Positions 46,526-58,813 of a stretch of 64,000 bases of DNA are shown here, piece after piece (within the stretch, counting starts at the first letter, position 1; each line of letters starts with the position of its first letter). Source of the DNA: Haplodiscus bocki. Taxonomy: Eukaryota. The DNA lies in NCBI GenBank assembly GCA_965655095.1, contig OZ296653.1, forward strand, positions 27,590,001 to 27,654,000, written 5' to 3'. Position numbers and translations under genes: made by a program. Below the pieces are notes generated by a model, which worked only from the letters and a program-made list of their open reading frames with translations, did not search any database and was not told the origin of the DNA.

Positions 46526-49500
46526 TTAAAACAATTTCGCAAGTAGTCCCAACACACTTAAGTTATCGTTCTTCTTATACATCAAGGTTTCATTTCTCTT
46601 GAATACGTGTCGTCTCATTACGTTCAAAAACGACGGCTGCACGAACCCAAAAGTTTTGTCACATCTCTTTAGTAGGGTCCTAGAGTTGATAAAATCATTT
46701 GCCGCTGTCTGACGAGTTCTCGAACCTGTAGCGATTATAAGGCCTGTACAAGAGACAATGCTGTTTTTGTTTTCGATCACTGACATCAGGATAGAAAGCT
46801 CAAGAATTTCAAAGTACATCGACAGGGGCAGTATTTTCAATGCAAATGTGCGATGTTTTTGGGACAGAAAAGACGTACCCAGAATAAGGGTATTTTTTCG
46901 TCTTTGCAATTTTTCCATTTCCTTCATATCACTTTTACTGGGGTACTAGATTTAACTAACATAGCTGAGTATGGTAGCCACATCGCCAAAATGAACGTTA
47001 AACTTTGTTTTCGCAATGACAGTAGAAACAATTCTCTTCAAAAAATAGAACGCACGCCAGCCTTTCTTAAGTCGTGTTTCACATTTAATCGACCGTGAGA
47101 GCGTTGAATTGATCGCAGCGCCCAGATCACGTTCATTTTCACGATTTGTAAGGCGGGTTGTTGAAACAAAATTCACCTTCGCGCTCGAATTTTATAAGCT
47201 ACATTTTTTGAGTTCAATTGCATTCCAGTGTTTGCACATCATTTTTCAATCAGCGCATTGTCTTTTGGCATTTCAAGTGGATTAGTTGGTAATTATTTAT
47301 ACTTGCCGGTGTAGTCGAACGGTTTGCAGCTACTCAATGATTCGCAAACATCGTGAACATAAAAAATGAGAAGTAGGACACCTAGTTTAAAACTTTGGAG
47401 AACTCCGCTTGTTACTGGTAATGGCTGTGAGACGCAATTGTTGACACGCAATTGGAGTTTTTTTGGAAGAGACAACTTTGTAACAACCCCGAGGCTTTGC
47501 CTCCGATACTCATGGCAAAAAGTTTTTCGAACAGTTTTGATGTGGAAAGCAGTGAAAAGACTTTTTGAAATCCAAGTACAGGACATACAGTTTCTCAACT
47601 GCTGCGTTTGGGGGTTTGTAGATATAATCAGGGTGCCGATGTAGTTCTATCACGACAGACCTATTTTTGCTGAAACCGAATTGGGAGTTTACTATCTTGG
47701 AGGGAATTTTTTCGTAAAGATCATCAAAGACTTTTTTCCAATTTACTTGAGACATTCTTAAGTAGGTTGATTGGTGATAGTTTTGTTTTTGCCCTACGTT
47801 GCCACCTCTGTGTATTGGTACCGTTTCACTGGCTTTTCATACCGTGAGAAATTCTCCTCTGTTCGTGCAAGTTTGATAGAAGTAGTGATTTGGACAAATC
47901 AGTTGCACTTCTAAGAAGCACGTTTCCATTGTTGTCCTGTCCGCGAGTTTTTTTTATTAGTGGGGCATTCACGTAATTGATTATTCGGTTCTCGGTGACT
48001 GAGATTTTGTTGGAAGCTGATGGACGTGGTTTTGTAATTTGCCAAGAGGGATTGAAGACGCCACTATAGAAGTTGTTGAATAATGTTGCTTTGCTGATGG
48101 TTTCGTCTGCCCTTTTGTTGTTGAAAACCATTACAGACGTAAAAGGGCCGTTTGTGGAGACATGTCAGGTATTTTTGTAATGACGGAAAATCTCTGCTTC
48201 TGAGGAGTTTGTTTTCGGAGGCTGTTAGATCTTCAAAAACCGCTATCGAATGCTTCTCTCCTGCCTCTTGATTTTTAGTATTAAAGAGAGAGAGAGAAGG
48301 AGAGCGAGAGAGAGAAAAAGTGACTCTTCTCCAGCTTTTTTCTCGAGTGTTTTAAGCTTCGTTATCTCTTGTGAGTTGGGACTAGTGACCCAAGGTGGGA
48401 GCGTTCGACGATTCTGAGTTACACGAGGCACGTTCTTTCCATATTATTTGTTTCACCAGTTGCGCCAAAGTCTCAATAGCTCATTGACATTACTCAAGCA
48501 GCAGGGTTGGAACGGATTCTAGACAAAGTGAAAAGTTAGTTAATCCCAGTCGACTTTTTCAAAACAGTACTTTAGCCTGCGTTCGGTTTTTTTTGGAGAT
48601 TAAAGCACAAGTCAATGGTGACGGAAGATGAAGCATGAAAGGAGCAAATTTTTCCAAGTTTTGAGTAATCTGTAGTGTCACTCCAACTAGATGGAGTTGT
48701 TCAGATGCAGCACTAACAACGTTTGCCATGTTTGACAAGAAAACGTTTAACCGTTTTGGTGCCCTATTACGAAAAAACTTCTCCAGGCCTATGTCAGAGA
48801 AAATATTCAGAACTTGCTCATTGTAAAAGACAGTGGAGTTTAAAGTTGTCCAATTGGTTTTGTTCAGATGCAAGTCACCAGCGAGAGAGACTAAAGAAGG
48901 TGTACGATATTGCGTTTAATTGTTCAAAAAAGTCAAATGTTTCAAGAAATCTGCGGGAGGCATCTTGTAGTCAATTCAAGAGGTTGGGTTGTATAAGCAG
49001 CGAAGCATGATAAAGGTTTGGGCCAGGCGAAGTTGAATTCGAAGACTATCACTGGGTACGGGTTGATTGCAACGTTTGTGAGGATCTCCTTTAACTGCAA
49101 ATAACACACCACTGTGCTGAGTAGGAAGGCTGACAGTTTCGCCGTCGGCTCTGTGGATCACATATCTTGGTAGGAAGAGGCCTTCTTCCGTTACCGGTTC
49201 ATTGAGCAACGAACTGGTTCAGTGGGTCACAATATGTCAAAAGATGAATTCAAACATAAAAAGTCAACAAGGACAAACATTCTGTCAAATAAAGAGGGAC
49301 TGTGCACATTTAAAAACCAAAAACTCGGTTGAGTTTCGCTTGTAGAATCAATCTTCTGCAAGGTTGAGGTCAACTGCACCCCACGTTTCACGTTTTATTC
49401 TGCTGGCGCTTTAACTTGAGATCACGTGGTCGTAAGTCTTTTGGCTGAACGCCTTCGTTGACAAGTTCCCGACTCTTCTGCAGAAGCCTGTTCTCAAAAA

Positions 49501-50470
49501 TTTGTTTCCCGTTGTTTAATTCATTGCTAACGTACTTTTACTTGTCGCATTTGCTCAACTTGTGGAATGACAAAAGGAGTTGTTCACGGAAGTGTTATTT
49601 TGGGATTTTCGCCATCATGGTGCGAGATTTTTCGAGAGTGTAGTTGCCAACAAGGATAATGTCGTCCACCTCGCAATCTAAATTTTGATAGTTAAACACG
49701 GGTTTCCCTAAAATCGCCTTCATAAGAATCGCGGTTGTCCGTTTTCGTAGATTGTGGGGTTCCTTGCAGTCTGATGCCGTTTTCAGGGTCACTTTGCGGT
49801 GTGGTGGATAGAACTTTTGGTGGAGTTTTGATTTTGTTCGTCTAACCGGGTCTATTCTTTTGAGTTTTTTATCGCAGGCAGTTCATCTGTGATAACTTGC
49901 ATCTCACCTAACGCCTCTACAGCCGTTTTCAGTTCAGCTAGACTTTCGTTCAATTGTGATATGACTGTGTTTACGTCTCGGTGGATAGAAAAAAGGTTAT
50001 CGAGGACATGATCTCGCTTGTTGTGTGTGCCGCACTGGTTATATATCAGCAATAGTTTTGGATTGATTTCATGCTTTCCGGAGATAGCAGATTCGGAAGT
50101 ACCATTTTAGGATTTCGTCAAATGCATTGAAACGTCGCATGATACACAGTGAAAGATGGCATCGCGATTACTAAATTTTTCATTGCGAAACTTCCAACGA
50201 TAGCCGTTTCGGCTGTCCGTTCCTTCATGAGCCATGACCGAGGACTGTGAGAAAATTCCGACAGGACAATGCCTCTCGCAAACAAAAAAGGTTCCGGGGG
50301 GCACAAAGTTGCAGTGAAACCTACTTTGACTCGAACTGTTCTGGTGTTGTTCGTTGTTCCTAAGTCTTTCTTTTTTGGACGGCTTGCTCTCTTCGGTTTC
50401 CGGTCTGTAGTAGGCAGGGATTTTTTTGGGTTCTTTTTGACCCCAAACTGGCCCAAGCGAAATCTTCGCC
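46526..50470 (-). mobile_element. Degenerate full-length CR1-group LINE
   Basis: ORF1 PHD remnant CVSCDVSMH. APE remnant YVIHRADG...HSGVL. RT remnants QFGF, LYLDFKKSF, VTSGVLQS. Many disruptions. Confidence 0.85.
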
Positions 50471-50789
50471 AAATTATTTGGAGCAGCTTGGCTTCCGGGG
50501 CAAAAGGGGGTGTAAATGTCCTAATTGCTCACTAAAAAAAGAGAGTTCCAATTTTTCTGCTTGCGATGGTAGATAATTTTTTTTCGCGCGTCTATAGTAA
50601 GGATCTCTGTCGCTCGGAGTTGCGTTAGAATGATGGAAGTTNNNNNNNNNNNNNNNNNNNNNNNNNNNNNNNNNNNNNNNNNNNNNNNNNNNNNNNNNNN
50701 NNNNNNNNNNNNNNNNNNNNNNNNNNNNNNNNNNNNNNNNNNNNNNNNNNNNNNNNNNNNNNNNNNNNNNNNNNNNNTGGTTTCTCCAA

Positions 50790-53280
50790 CGGAAGGGTAT
50801 TGAGCCCACGCAAATACCAGTTACTTCATGGTGAGCAGGGTCGACATTGACAGTTGATTCGCCATGAGCATAGGTTTTCTTCACAAAAGTTGTTGATAAA
50901 GAACTTCCAGTAATAATATTGGATACCTTCTTTGACGTAGCACAGCTCTTGTAAATTTACAGTTCTCGATAGTCTCCGGTGAAGTTGAAGAGTTCCGTGC
51001 CAAAAATTGTCTTTGCTTTTGCTCCTCCTTATTTTTGGTAGATAAAACGGGGATGATGTTGTTGTTGTTCTCAGGGAACTTTTTTCAATAGGGGTGATGT
51101 GCCTTTTCCAGTTGAAGTTGTATTGATCAGCTACTATTTTATAGAAGCTTAGTAAATTGCGCAATTCGATGTATAATTTATATGGTAACAGCTTCAGTTG
51201 GATCAAGCGGGTTTTGTAGTCTACTTGAGACGTTCTGCAAATCCATTTCGTTTCTCTCTTCTGTACCAGTTCGAGTTCTTTCGTGGATGTCCTGTTTCCA
51301 TGTCAGACTGGAGAACAGTGTGTCAAAATCGGTACGATATACCCACATTGCATTTTTAGGCTTGAACACAACGAACTCAGTGGTGAGGTGTTCCTTTTTT
51401 GATTGAAAAAGGCTCGATAGGCGTGTTGCATGTAGTCTTTGTTCCTTCAACCCACGATAGATCTTCCGAAAATACGACGCCGAGGTCTCGCTCGATTGGA
51501 GATGTTTGGAGGTTTACGTTCTTCATCTGAGTTTGTGGGAGTCATCGCCGCGGAACATCATCAAATGGGTTTTTTTAACATTGGTTTCCAATTTGTTCTG
51601 GTCGCACCACTGGACAAACCGATCTAAATCTTCTTGTAGTTCCATCGGGTTGGAAGACATGATTTTGGGTGTAATCGGCGAACATGTAGACGCTACTGGT
51701 GGTAACGACTTTTGGCAGACTTTTCACGAAAACAAGGAAGAAGAGTGGGCCCAAAATTGATCCTTGTGGGACTCCACTGGTTACTGGTAGTTCCGGTGAT
51801 TTCTTTGTTCCAACTTTCACACGTTGCATTCGATTGTCCAGATAACTTCTCACAATGTCATCTGTCTTATTTGGAATTCCAATTGATTGCAGAGCTTCCA
51901 GAATGCGTTTTCGGTCCAGCTTGTCAAAAGCTTTGGCAAAGTCAATGTACACCGTTGCAAGGAATTTTGTCTGAGAGTCCAGGGTTCTGTAAGTTTCATC
52001 TGTGTACGCTAAGAGTTGCAAGAGGGTGGAACGCTTCGAAACAAAACATGGGTCAACTTTCGGAAGAAAGATTTCAGCAGTGGTTTTCTCGATCGTTTTC
52101 TCCCACACTTTGGATATGTTACAGAGGAGTGATATTAGTTTATTTTTCTTTTCCAGTGATCGATCCGTATCTTTAAAAATTGGAGTTACTTCCGACTTTT
52201 TCCAGAAGGTGGGAAAGCATCGTTCATTATAGAAAGTTCTAAAGATAACGGATAGAGAGTTTGCTAGAGATTTAGAACATTTGTTGAGCATAATGTTCGG
52301 CAGATTGTCCGGTCCACAGGCTTTTTGGGGGTTGAGGTTTTGAAGTAGATTTGTAATGTCATTTGAGAAGTTTGGTTCTATCGATTGGTCTTCCAATATC
52401 GCAGGTATTTAGGTAGATTCATCGGTACATTCATCTTCATGGTCGTTAGATTTCGAGAAGACACTAGAGAAGAAAGTTTCAAAAAGAACGCTCTTCTCTT
52501 CGTCCGTGTTAGCTGTTGAATTATCATGGCAAATTTCGGTCGATATGGGATCATAGATGATTGCTTCGATCCGATGTCCCAAGAGTTTCAACAGATCTTC
52601 GAGTTCTTCAATTGGTCAGGCTTGGAAAATGTTGCTGGAGTGTTCCGTGATGCTGTTGTTTATGATATCGTGCCAATATAGTGAACGGTTTTGCTGGCCA
52701 AGTAGAGCTCAATGGGGCAGATATTGCAAAATTTTGAGCTGGTTCTTTGCCCTGCAGTTCAGGTTCAAACCTGGGAGGGCGAAGGTTTGTCGAGACAAGC
52801 TTTTTGAAATGTGCTGGCCAAGGGATAGATTGAAGAGCTTTGTTTTGGCAGCTAGCTCTAATAATGAAGACCATAATATGCAATTGTCGGCCGCTGAAGT
52901 CTTTTTAGAGTATAAGAGGCTGCCCAGTCGTCAAGAATGTTCGGTTATTGAATCACTTTCTGAAACTAATCAATAATATTTAGTTCGTCAGATGCATTGA
53001 ATCGCCGCAAAATACGCAGTGAAAGATGGCGTCGCGATTACTATTTTGTTTTTTGCAAGATGTACAAAGCAGTTTTTGTTATTCGTTTTTTCATGAGCCA
53101 TGACAGGACAGTAAACAATTTCCGACACGATACTGGCCCTTCTGACCAAAAAAGGTTTTGGGGGGCACAATGCAGAAGTCGAGCTGTTCTGTTTTTTCTT
53201 CTTCCTAAGTCTTTGTTTTTTCGATGGCTTGTTTTTCTTCAGTTTCTGTTTTCTGGGATGAGTTCAATGAAAATGGAATT
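50790..53280 (-). mobile_element. Internally deleted CR1-group LINE
   Basis: RT motifs KACGPD, YIDFAKAFD, SGVPQGSILGPL, MFADY. C-terminus SWRINCQCRPC. The 5' part (52985-53270) is homologous to 50120-50420. Confidence 0.88.
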
Positions 53281-54345
53281 TAGATAAACTTTGCTTGTCA
53301 TGACCTGGTATGGATCCTAAAGTTTTATTTGACGGCATCAAGTCTTGGTTGTTCATCCATTTAGTCGATCAAAGTCCATTAAATTCAAAAATGGTCGGAA
53401 TTGATAAAAAAAAAGGTGTCAAACTTTTGTGATCATATTACACATTCTGACAGGAAGAATTTGAATTGGAAACCGCTTTATGCTTCGTTTTTTTTCATCC
53501 TATCCAAAACTTGTTGTTTTTAACGTCATCAGAGAGTCTAGTAATCTTGTTTCAACGGTCAAAAAGTTTATCTTGTGTAAACTTCATTTTCACGTTGTTT
53601 ACTGTTGAAGCTTTGTTGAACGTTGGACTTTTAAATGGCGTTTTTAAGGATTAGAGTGTGGTAGATACTCGTTCATTTTCGTGGTTTTTACTGTAGAAAC
53701 TTTTTTTACCATGGGTCAATAAAGTAGCGTAACGTGAAAAGACATAAATTGAAATATCAATTTTTTGAAGATACCTGCGACTTTTTTGACTCTTTCAAAA
53801 AAATTTTTGATTGAAATCTGGTGTAATATTTCTAAAAGTGTCAATCACATCTCCGATCATGGTTACAATTGTCTTCGGGATCCGTGATCTCAACTGTGAA
53901 GTCAGAATGCGTTGCGAAGTTCCGCGTCGCCTCTGTATGAGAATTCTAAGAAACTTTCGTTTCTGCTACTGTTTCCGAGCCTCTTAGTTTTGAAAATTTC
54001 GAGCTTGAAAAACGTCAAATTTTGCTCAGGAGTTCACTGAACATTTGGAAGGATAAGCCATTAAAAATTTCTCGAGGTACTGTTACTTTTTGATTTTGCT
54101 TTATCCGAAGAAAATTCGATTATTGGAGCGTGTCTTGTTTGTGTCTTGCATAACATACACACGCATTGCATAATTTTTTAAATTCTGGATACATCTATAT
54201 GCCAGAACATTCCTATAGAGCCCTCCTTCCTTGAGCTTGTTTCCTCTTTCATTTGCAGTACTACTTCCTTTTTAAAACTTCGGTGAATTTCAGAATACCA
54301 ATTTTCATTGTAACAACGCCTGAATAACTTCGACATTGGTTCAAA

Positions 54346-55433
54346 ATGTCATCAGACAGCGATTCACTTGTTCCTGATTGGATGGGAGCGCTGGCTGTAC
54401 AGATAGATGGGTCGAGAGAGCCCCTGAGGATCAGAAGTTTTTCTCAATTCCTCTACTTTTCCGTGTCTCTGCCCACCTTCCCACTCATTTTTCTGTACTT
54501 GCTCGTGATCCAGTGCTCTGCTGTTTGGACACGCAGGGTCGCACCGTTTCAAATGCGAAAGGTGACATATATTTTATGCCTTTTTAAATGTATTCTTTTG
54601 AGTACAGCATTGTGATTGGTAAATGGAAACAGAAGGAGGTATAAATAATTGATATTGGCTTTTTGTTTGTTATAGAAAGTACGTTAGATGAAATTTGATT
54701 CCTAATTTGAGTCGAACCCAAACTCGCTCGACGACCCTATCAAAATTAATAACAGTAAAATAATACCTGTTAATTGAAGAAATTAAGATAGAGAGAAGGC
54801 AGCAATTTAATATCGAGATAGTAGAGCATAAATCTGTCATTTCTACTAAAATTGTTTCAGCTTTTGGTTATCTACAATTTGCTATGCAGTCTTATCAATG
54901 TCATCTGCTTTGTCTTATTCTTCATGGGTATTTACACCAAGGGTCAAATTTACAGCCGCGACACGAATGTGCCAACTCGACTTGCTTTCAGGATTTACTT
55001 TTACTCAAAAATAATGGAACTACTCGACACTGTTTTTATGATCCTCCGTCACAAACGCAGACAAATCTCATTCTTACACGTATTTCATCATGCCTCCATG
55101 GTTTTACTTTGCGACTTCGGAGTTCAGAATGGATGCCGGATATCCTTTTGCTACCCCATGGGCGTGAATTCATTCATCCACATTCTAATGTACGGCTACT
55201 ATGCTGCATCGGCTGCCGAAATCCCATTCATATCAGCAAAAGGAGCCAGTATCAAGAAACGCCTGACACAGCTGCAGCTCACTCAGTTCTATACGGATTT
55301 GATACAAATTGGATATGGAATCTATCTGCAGGAGTATTGCATATACTCTGTTTTCTATGCCTTCTCCATGATCATTCTGTTCACTAATTTCTACATAAAA
55401 GCCTATAGAAATGATAAAACTAAGAGTCAGTAA
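54346..55433 (+). CDS. ELOVL: Very-long-chain fatty acid elongase (ELO/GNS1/SUR4 family); exons 54346-54561 and 54861-55433, 262 aa
   Basis: Phase-0 intron (AAG|GTGACA...TTTCAG|CTT) joins PFQMRK to LLVIYN. Motifs KIMELLDT, FLHVFHH, NSFIHILMYGYY, TQLQLTQF. C-terminal KTKSQ fits a KxKxx ER-retrieval signal. Confidence 0.93.
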
Positions 55434-55654
55434 AATCTATCCTTTGTTATTTTTCGCCGCATATTTATAATATGCAAGAAAAATTATTCATTCAGTAAGG
55501 CCGTTTTTCTTCCAATTTTGCCAACTCTTTCTATTCAAAAATAAATGTCAGCAATGGGGTTATGACAGAAGTTTCTCAAGCAGCAGACCCCGGTTCAAAT
55601 CTCCGTCGTGTCAGATATTTTTATGATTTCACTGACATTTGTCAGAATTTCCAA

Positions 55655-55718
55655 TTGTTCCCATGGCACAGTGGGTAGGATAACAGGATTCTGAAGAGGT
55701 GCGGGTTCGAATCCCAGC
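55655..55718 (+). mobile_element. tRNA-derived SINE head (Pol III A and B boxes), interrupted by the RTE insertion; continues from 58814
   Basis: A box TGGCACAGTGG 55664-55674 and B box GGTTCGAATCC 55704-55714. No complete cloverleaf seen. Confidence 0.6.
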
Positions 55719-58700
55719 ATTCTTCTTCTTTTCACCATGACCGTTGCAGTCTTAGGTTCCATCTTCCATTTTCTTCCACTTCTCTTTGTCATTTGCTTTT
55801 AGTTCTGCAGTTCTCATATCCTTTATTTTCATATTCTCGAATACAATCGAAGTCCAATTTGTTCTTCTTTTTCCTCTTCCTTTCTTTTCATTAACAATCA
55901 TCGTCATTTTCTTCAGATCTTTTCCTGCAGATTCTCTAAGTATGTGTACCAGGTATCTGATTTTCCTTTTAACTGATTGCAGGAGTTCAGGCTTTTCAAT
56001 TTTATTTTTTAGAAGAACTTCTTCATTTGAGACATAGTCGTTCCAGCTGATCTTTAATATTCGTCTGTAGCACCAGAGTTCAGAGGCTGTAATTTTCTTT
56101 TGGAGCGATTTCGTCAGTGCAAAGCATTCCGATCCGTATCTCAATATAGACCATACATGAGTTTTTAGTAATCGCAGTTTCGTCTTGAGTCTAATGTTGT
56201 TTCGCAGGAGTTCTTTGTTTCCAGAAGGCTTGCTTAGATTTCGCAATATTGGCCCGGACATCTACGTCATGTTTCATCGTCTCATTTATCCATATTCCCA
56301 AGTACTGAAAATTACTGACTTGTTCTAACTTGTCATCACCAATTTGTATATCTTTTTTTTGAGTTCCATTGTCTGTCACAACCATGCATTTAGTTTTCTT
56401 TGGATTTATTTCAATCAACCACTTCTGCAGGTTGCTTTTTATTTTATTCAGAGTGTCATTCAGTTCCTTCTCGCTTTTGGCCATTATAACTGTGTCATCT
56501 GCGTAACTAATTTTGTATATTTTCTTTTTCTCGTATATTTCGATCCCGTTTTTAATCTTGAAGCTTCTAAACGCCTCTTCGGCGTAGATAATAAACAGAA
56601 TGGGTGAAAGGATACACCCTTGCCTGACGCCTCGTTTTATTTTTATTTCGTTTTCTCGCTCACTGTCGTTCCGCATGAATGCTCGTTGTTTGTTGTATAA
56701 TTCGCAAATCAGACGAATTTCAGCTTGTTTCACTCCTTTCTTCTTCAGGACTTCAATGAGCATTTTTTGTTCAACTCTGTCAAAGGCTTTGGTAAAGTCA
56801 ATAAAGCAAAGGTAAGTACTTTTCCTATGATTTATTCTGTTATTCAGGATCGTTTTTGGAGCTGTAATACTTTCCACAGTTCCAACCTTTGGTCTAAAAC
56901 CGAATTGTAGTGGGTCTAGTTGCCTGTTAATTTTAGTGCTAATCCGATTGTACATTGTTTTTCATAAGATCTTCATTGCGTGAGGTATAAGCGCAATTCT
57001 TCTGTGCGCTTCAGACTTTTTCGTTCCTGACTTTTGTGGGATTTCCACAAAGATGGATTCGAATAACTCTTCCGGAATTTCTTCTTCTTGCTGATAGATT
57101 CGATGAATTAGTTGGCAGACTTGTGACAGTGTTCTGTTACCACCATACTACAGAAATTCCATGGGAATGTCGTCACTTCCCGGGTATTTGTTGTTGCTGA
57201 TTCCCCTTGCCGCATTAAAGATTTCCACAAGAGATATTTCATCGTTTTCAGTCGTCTTGTATTCTGGTCTTTCAAGCTTGCTGTCATATAGCTCTTCCAT
57301 GTATTCTTTCCATCGTTTGTTTATCTTGTCTTTTTCTCCTAAAAAGGGATCCATTTTTATCGGCTATTGATTTGTTTTGTTTAGGTTTTGCTTTTGGTGC
57401 AAGTTGTCTGACAAGTTGTTACATTTTCATAGTCTCGTTTCTATTTTCAAGGTCTTCAACCTCTCGGCATTTTTGTTCTATTTCTTCATCTTTTGCTTCG
57501 CAGCATTTTCTGCGTATTGACTTCGGAAGTTCTTTCACTGCTCGTTGGTCATTTTCGTTCCGTCGCTGATTCATTAGTTCAATTATTTCATCAATCGTCC
57601 AATTATTCCTTTCGTTTCTTTTTTTTCGGTATGCAGTTATTCGCAGCTTTTGTTAGTCTCTTCTTTATATCCACCCAAGTATTTTCACCTGTGATTTCTT
57701 GTTCTTCCACATACTTCCTGAACTGGTGTTTGTTTTTTGTCTGTCTCAGCCAGCCAACGTCGATGCGGTCTTCCCTTCTCGGTTTCTTGATTCTTTGCAT
57801 GTGTTTTCTTCAAAGTACCGATTACTGGATCGTGATCAGATAGCTTGTCAACTTTGTGTGTGACCTTACACTTCCGCAAAGATTTTTCGTGCTTTTTGTT
57901 TATGGTAATATAATCAATCAGACTTTGTCCTTTTCCACTATCGCTTTTCCACGTGTAGTTTTTACTTTTTTGATGCTCAAGAACGTGTTCTCTGCTACAA
58001 GTTTATGTTTCTCACAGAATTCCACAAACGATCTTCCGTTTCTATTGTTTTCGTTGTTTCCATATTTTCCAGTTATACCCTTGATCTCGTTACAGCCGAT
58101 TCTGCCGTTAAAATCTCCCATAATCACAACTTGCCTGTTCTTTCCTGTGTTCAGTTGCGTCCTTACTTTTTCAACTTTTCCGTAGCACTTCTCTACCTCT
58201 TCTTTTTTTGCTGATATGTCGGGTATGTACACTTGGATCAGAACTGCGCAATTTCGACCCATGTCCAGATTGATTCCAATTACATTTGGTCCTTCTGATG
58301 CTACATTTATAACTCGCTGGTCCAGCTTATCGCAAATTAAGAAGCCAACTCCTTTTCGTCCTGTATCATCACAGTCACTTACATACAGCTTGTACGTTCT
58401 TTCATTCCTTTTTGTAGGCCGTAGGGTGTAAGTGTTGGCCTTTATATATGTTTCAGCTAATCCCATCACGTCGATGTTGAGACGGTCCATTTCTTCGCAT
58501 AGCATCTGCTGTTTTCCTGTTTCTCTCAAACTTCTGATATTCCATGTAGCAATTTTAAGTTTTTGTTTGCGGTTTTCGCTTGTTAACGACCCGAGGAGCC
58601 TCATATCTCCCCCTGCCGGACGAGGTTCTGTTACCAGTCCCATTGACGTCGTTGTTTGAATTTTGTGTTGTGGATTGCATGTTGAAGATGGTTTACCATT

Positions 58701-58813
58701 GCTGCATTGGCCGTTCCTCACGTTACGCGAGGCCCGTTGCCCAGGGAATCCCAGGGAGACCCTATTTGTAGGGAAACCCACTCGTGGAGGGTGCAGTTGG
58801 CTTTTTATTCCCC
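55719..58813 (-). mobile_element. Full-length (~3.1 kb) RTE-clade LINE, frameshifted, with 7-bp target-site duplication TCCCAGC
   Basis: Single APE-RT frame: IATWNIRSL, GLAET, GDFNGRIG, SDH, QFGFR, FIDFTKAFD, GVRQGCILSP, YADD, YGSE. (AAG)n tail at about 55720-55732. TCCCAGC at both 55712-55718 and 58814-58820. Confidence 0.93.
58702..58813 (-). ncRNA. HDV-like self-cleaving ribozyme candidate at the RTE 5' end
   Basis: P1 GGGGAAU/AUUCCCU with G1-U wobble, P2 CUGCA/UGCAG, P3 CCC/GGG, L3 starting UCC pairing with GG (P1.1), GCAAC junction, P4 CCUCGCG/CGUGAGG, J4/2 GCCAA. G1 (58813) directly abuts the TSD. Confidence 0.75.

Noticed and set aside
49330-49400. Third possible readthrough junction in the minus-strand LINE
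   Set aside because: The candidate stop reads TGA-TTC amid several frameshifts; too decayed to count for or against.
55655-55720. Functional tRNA gene
   Set aside because: A and B boxes are present, but there is no complete acceptor or anticodon stem; treated as a SINE head.
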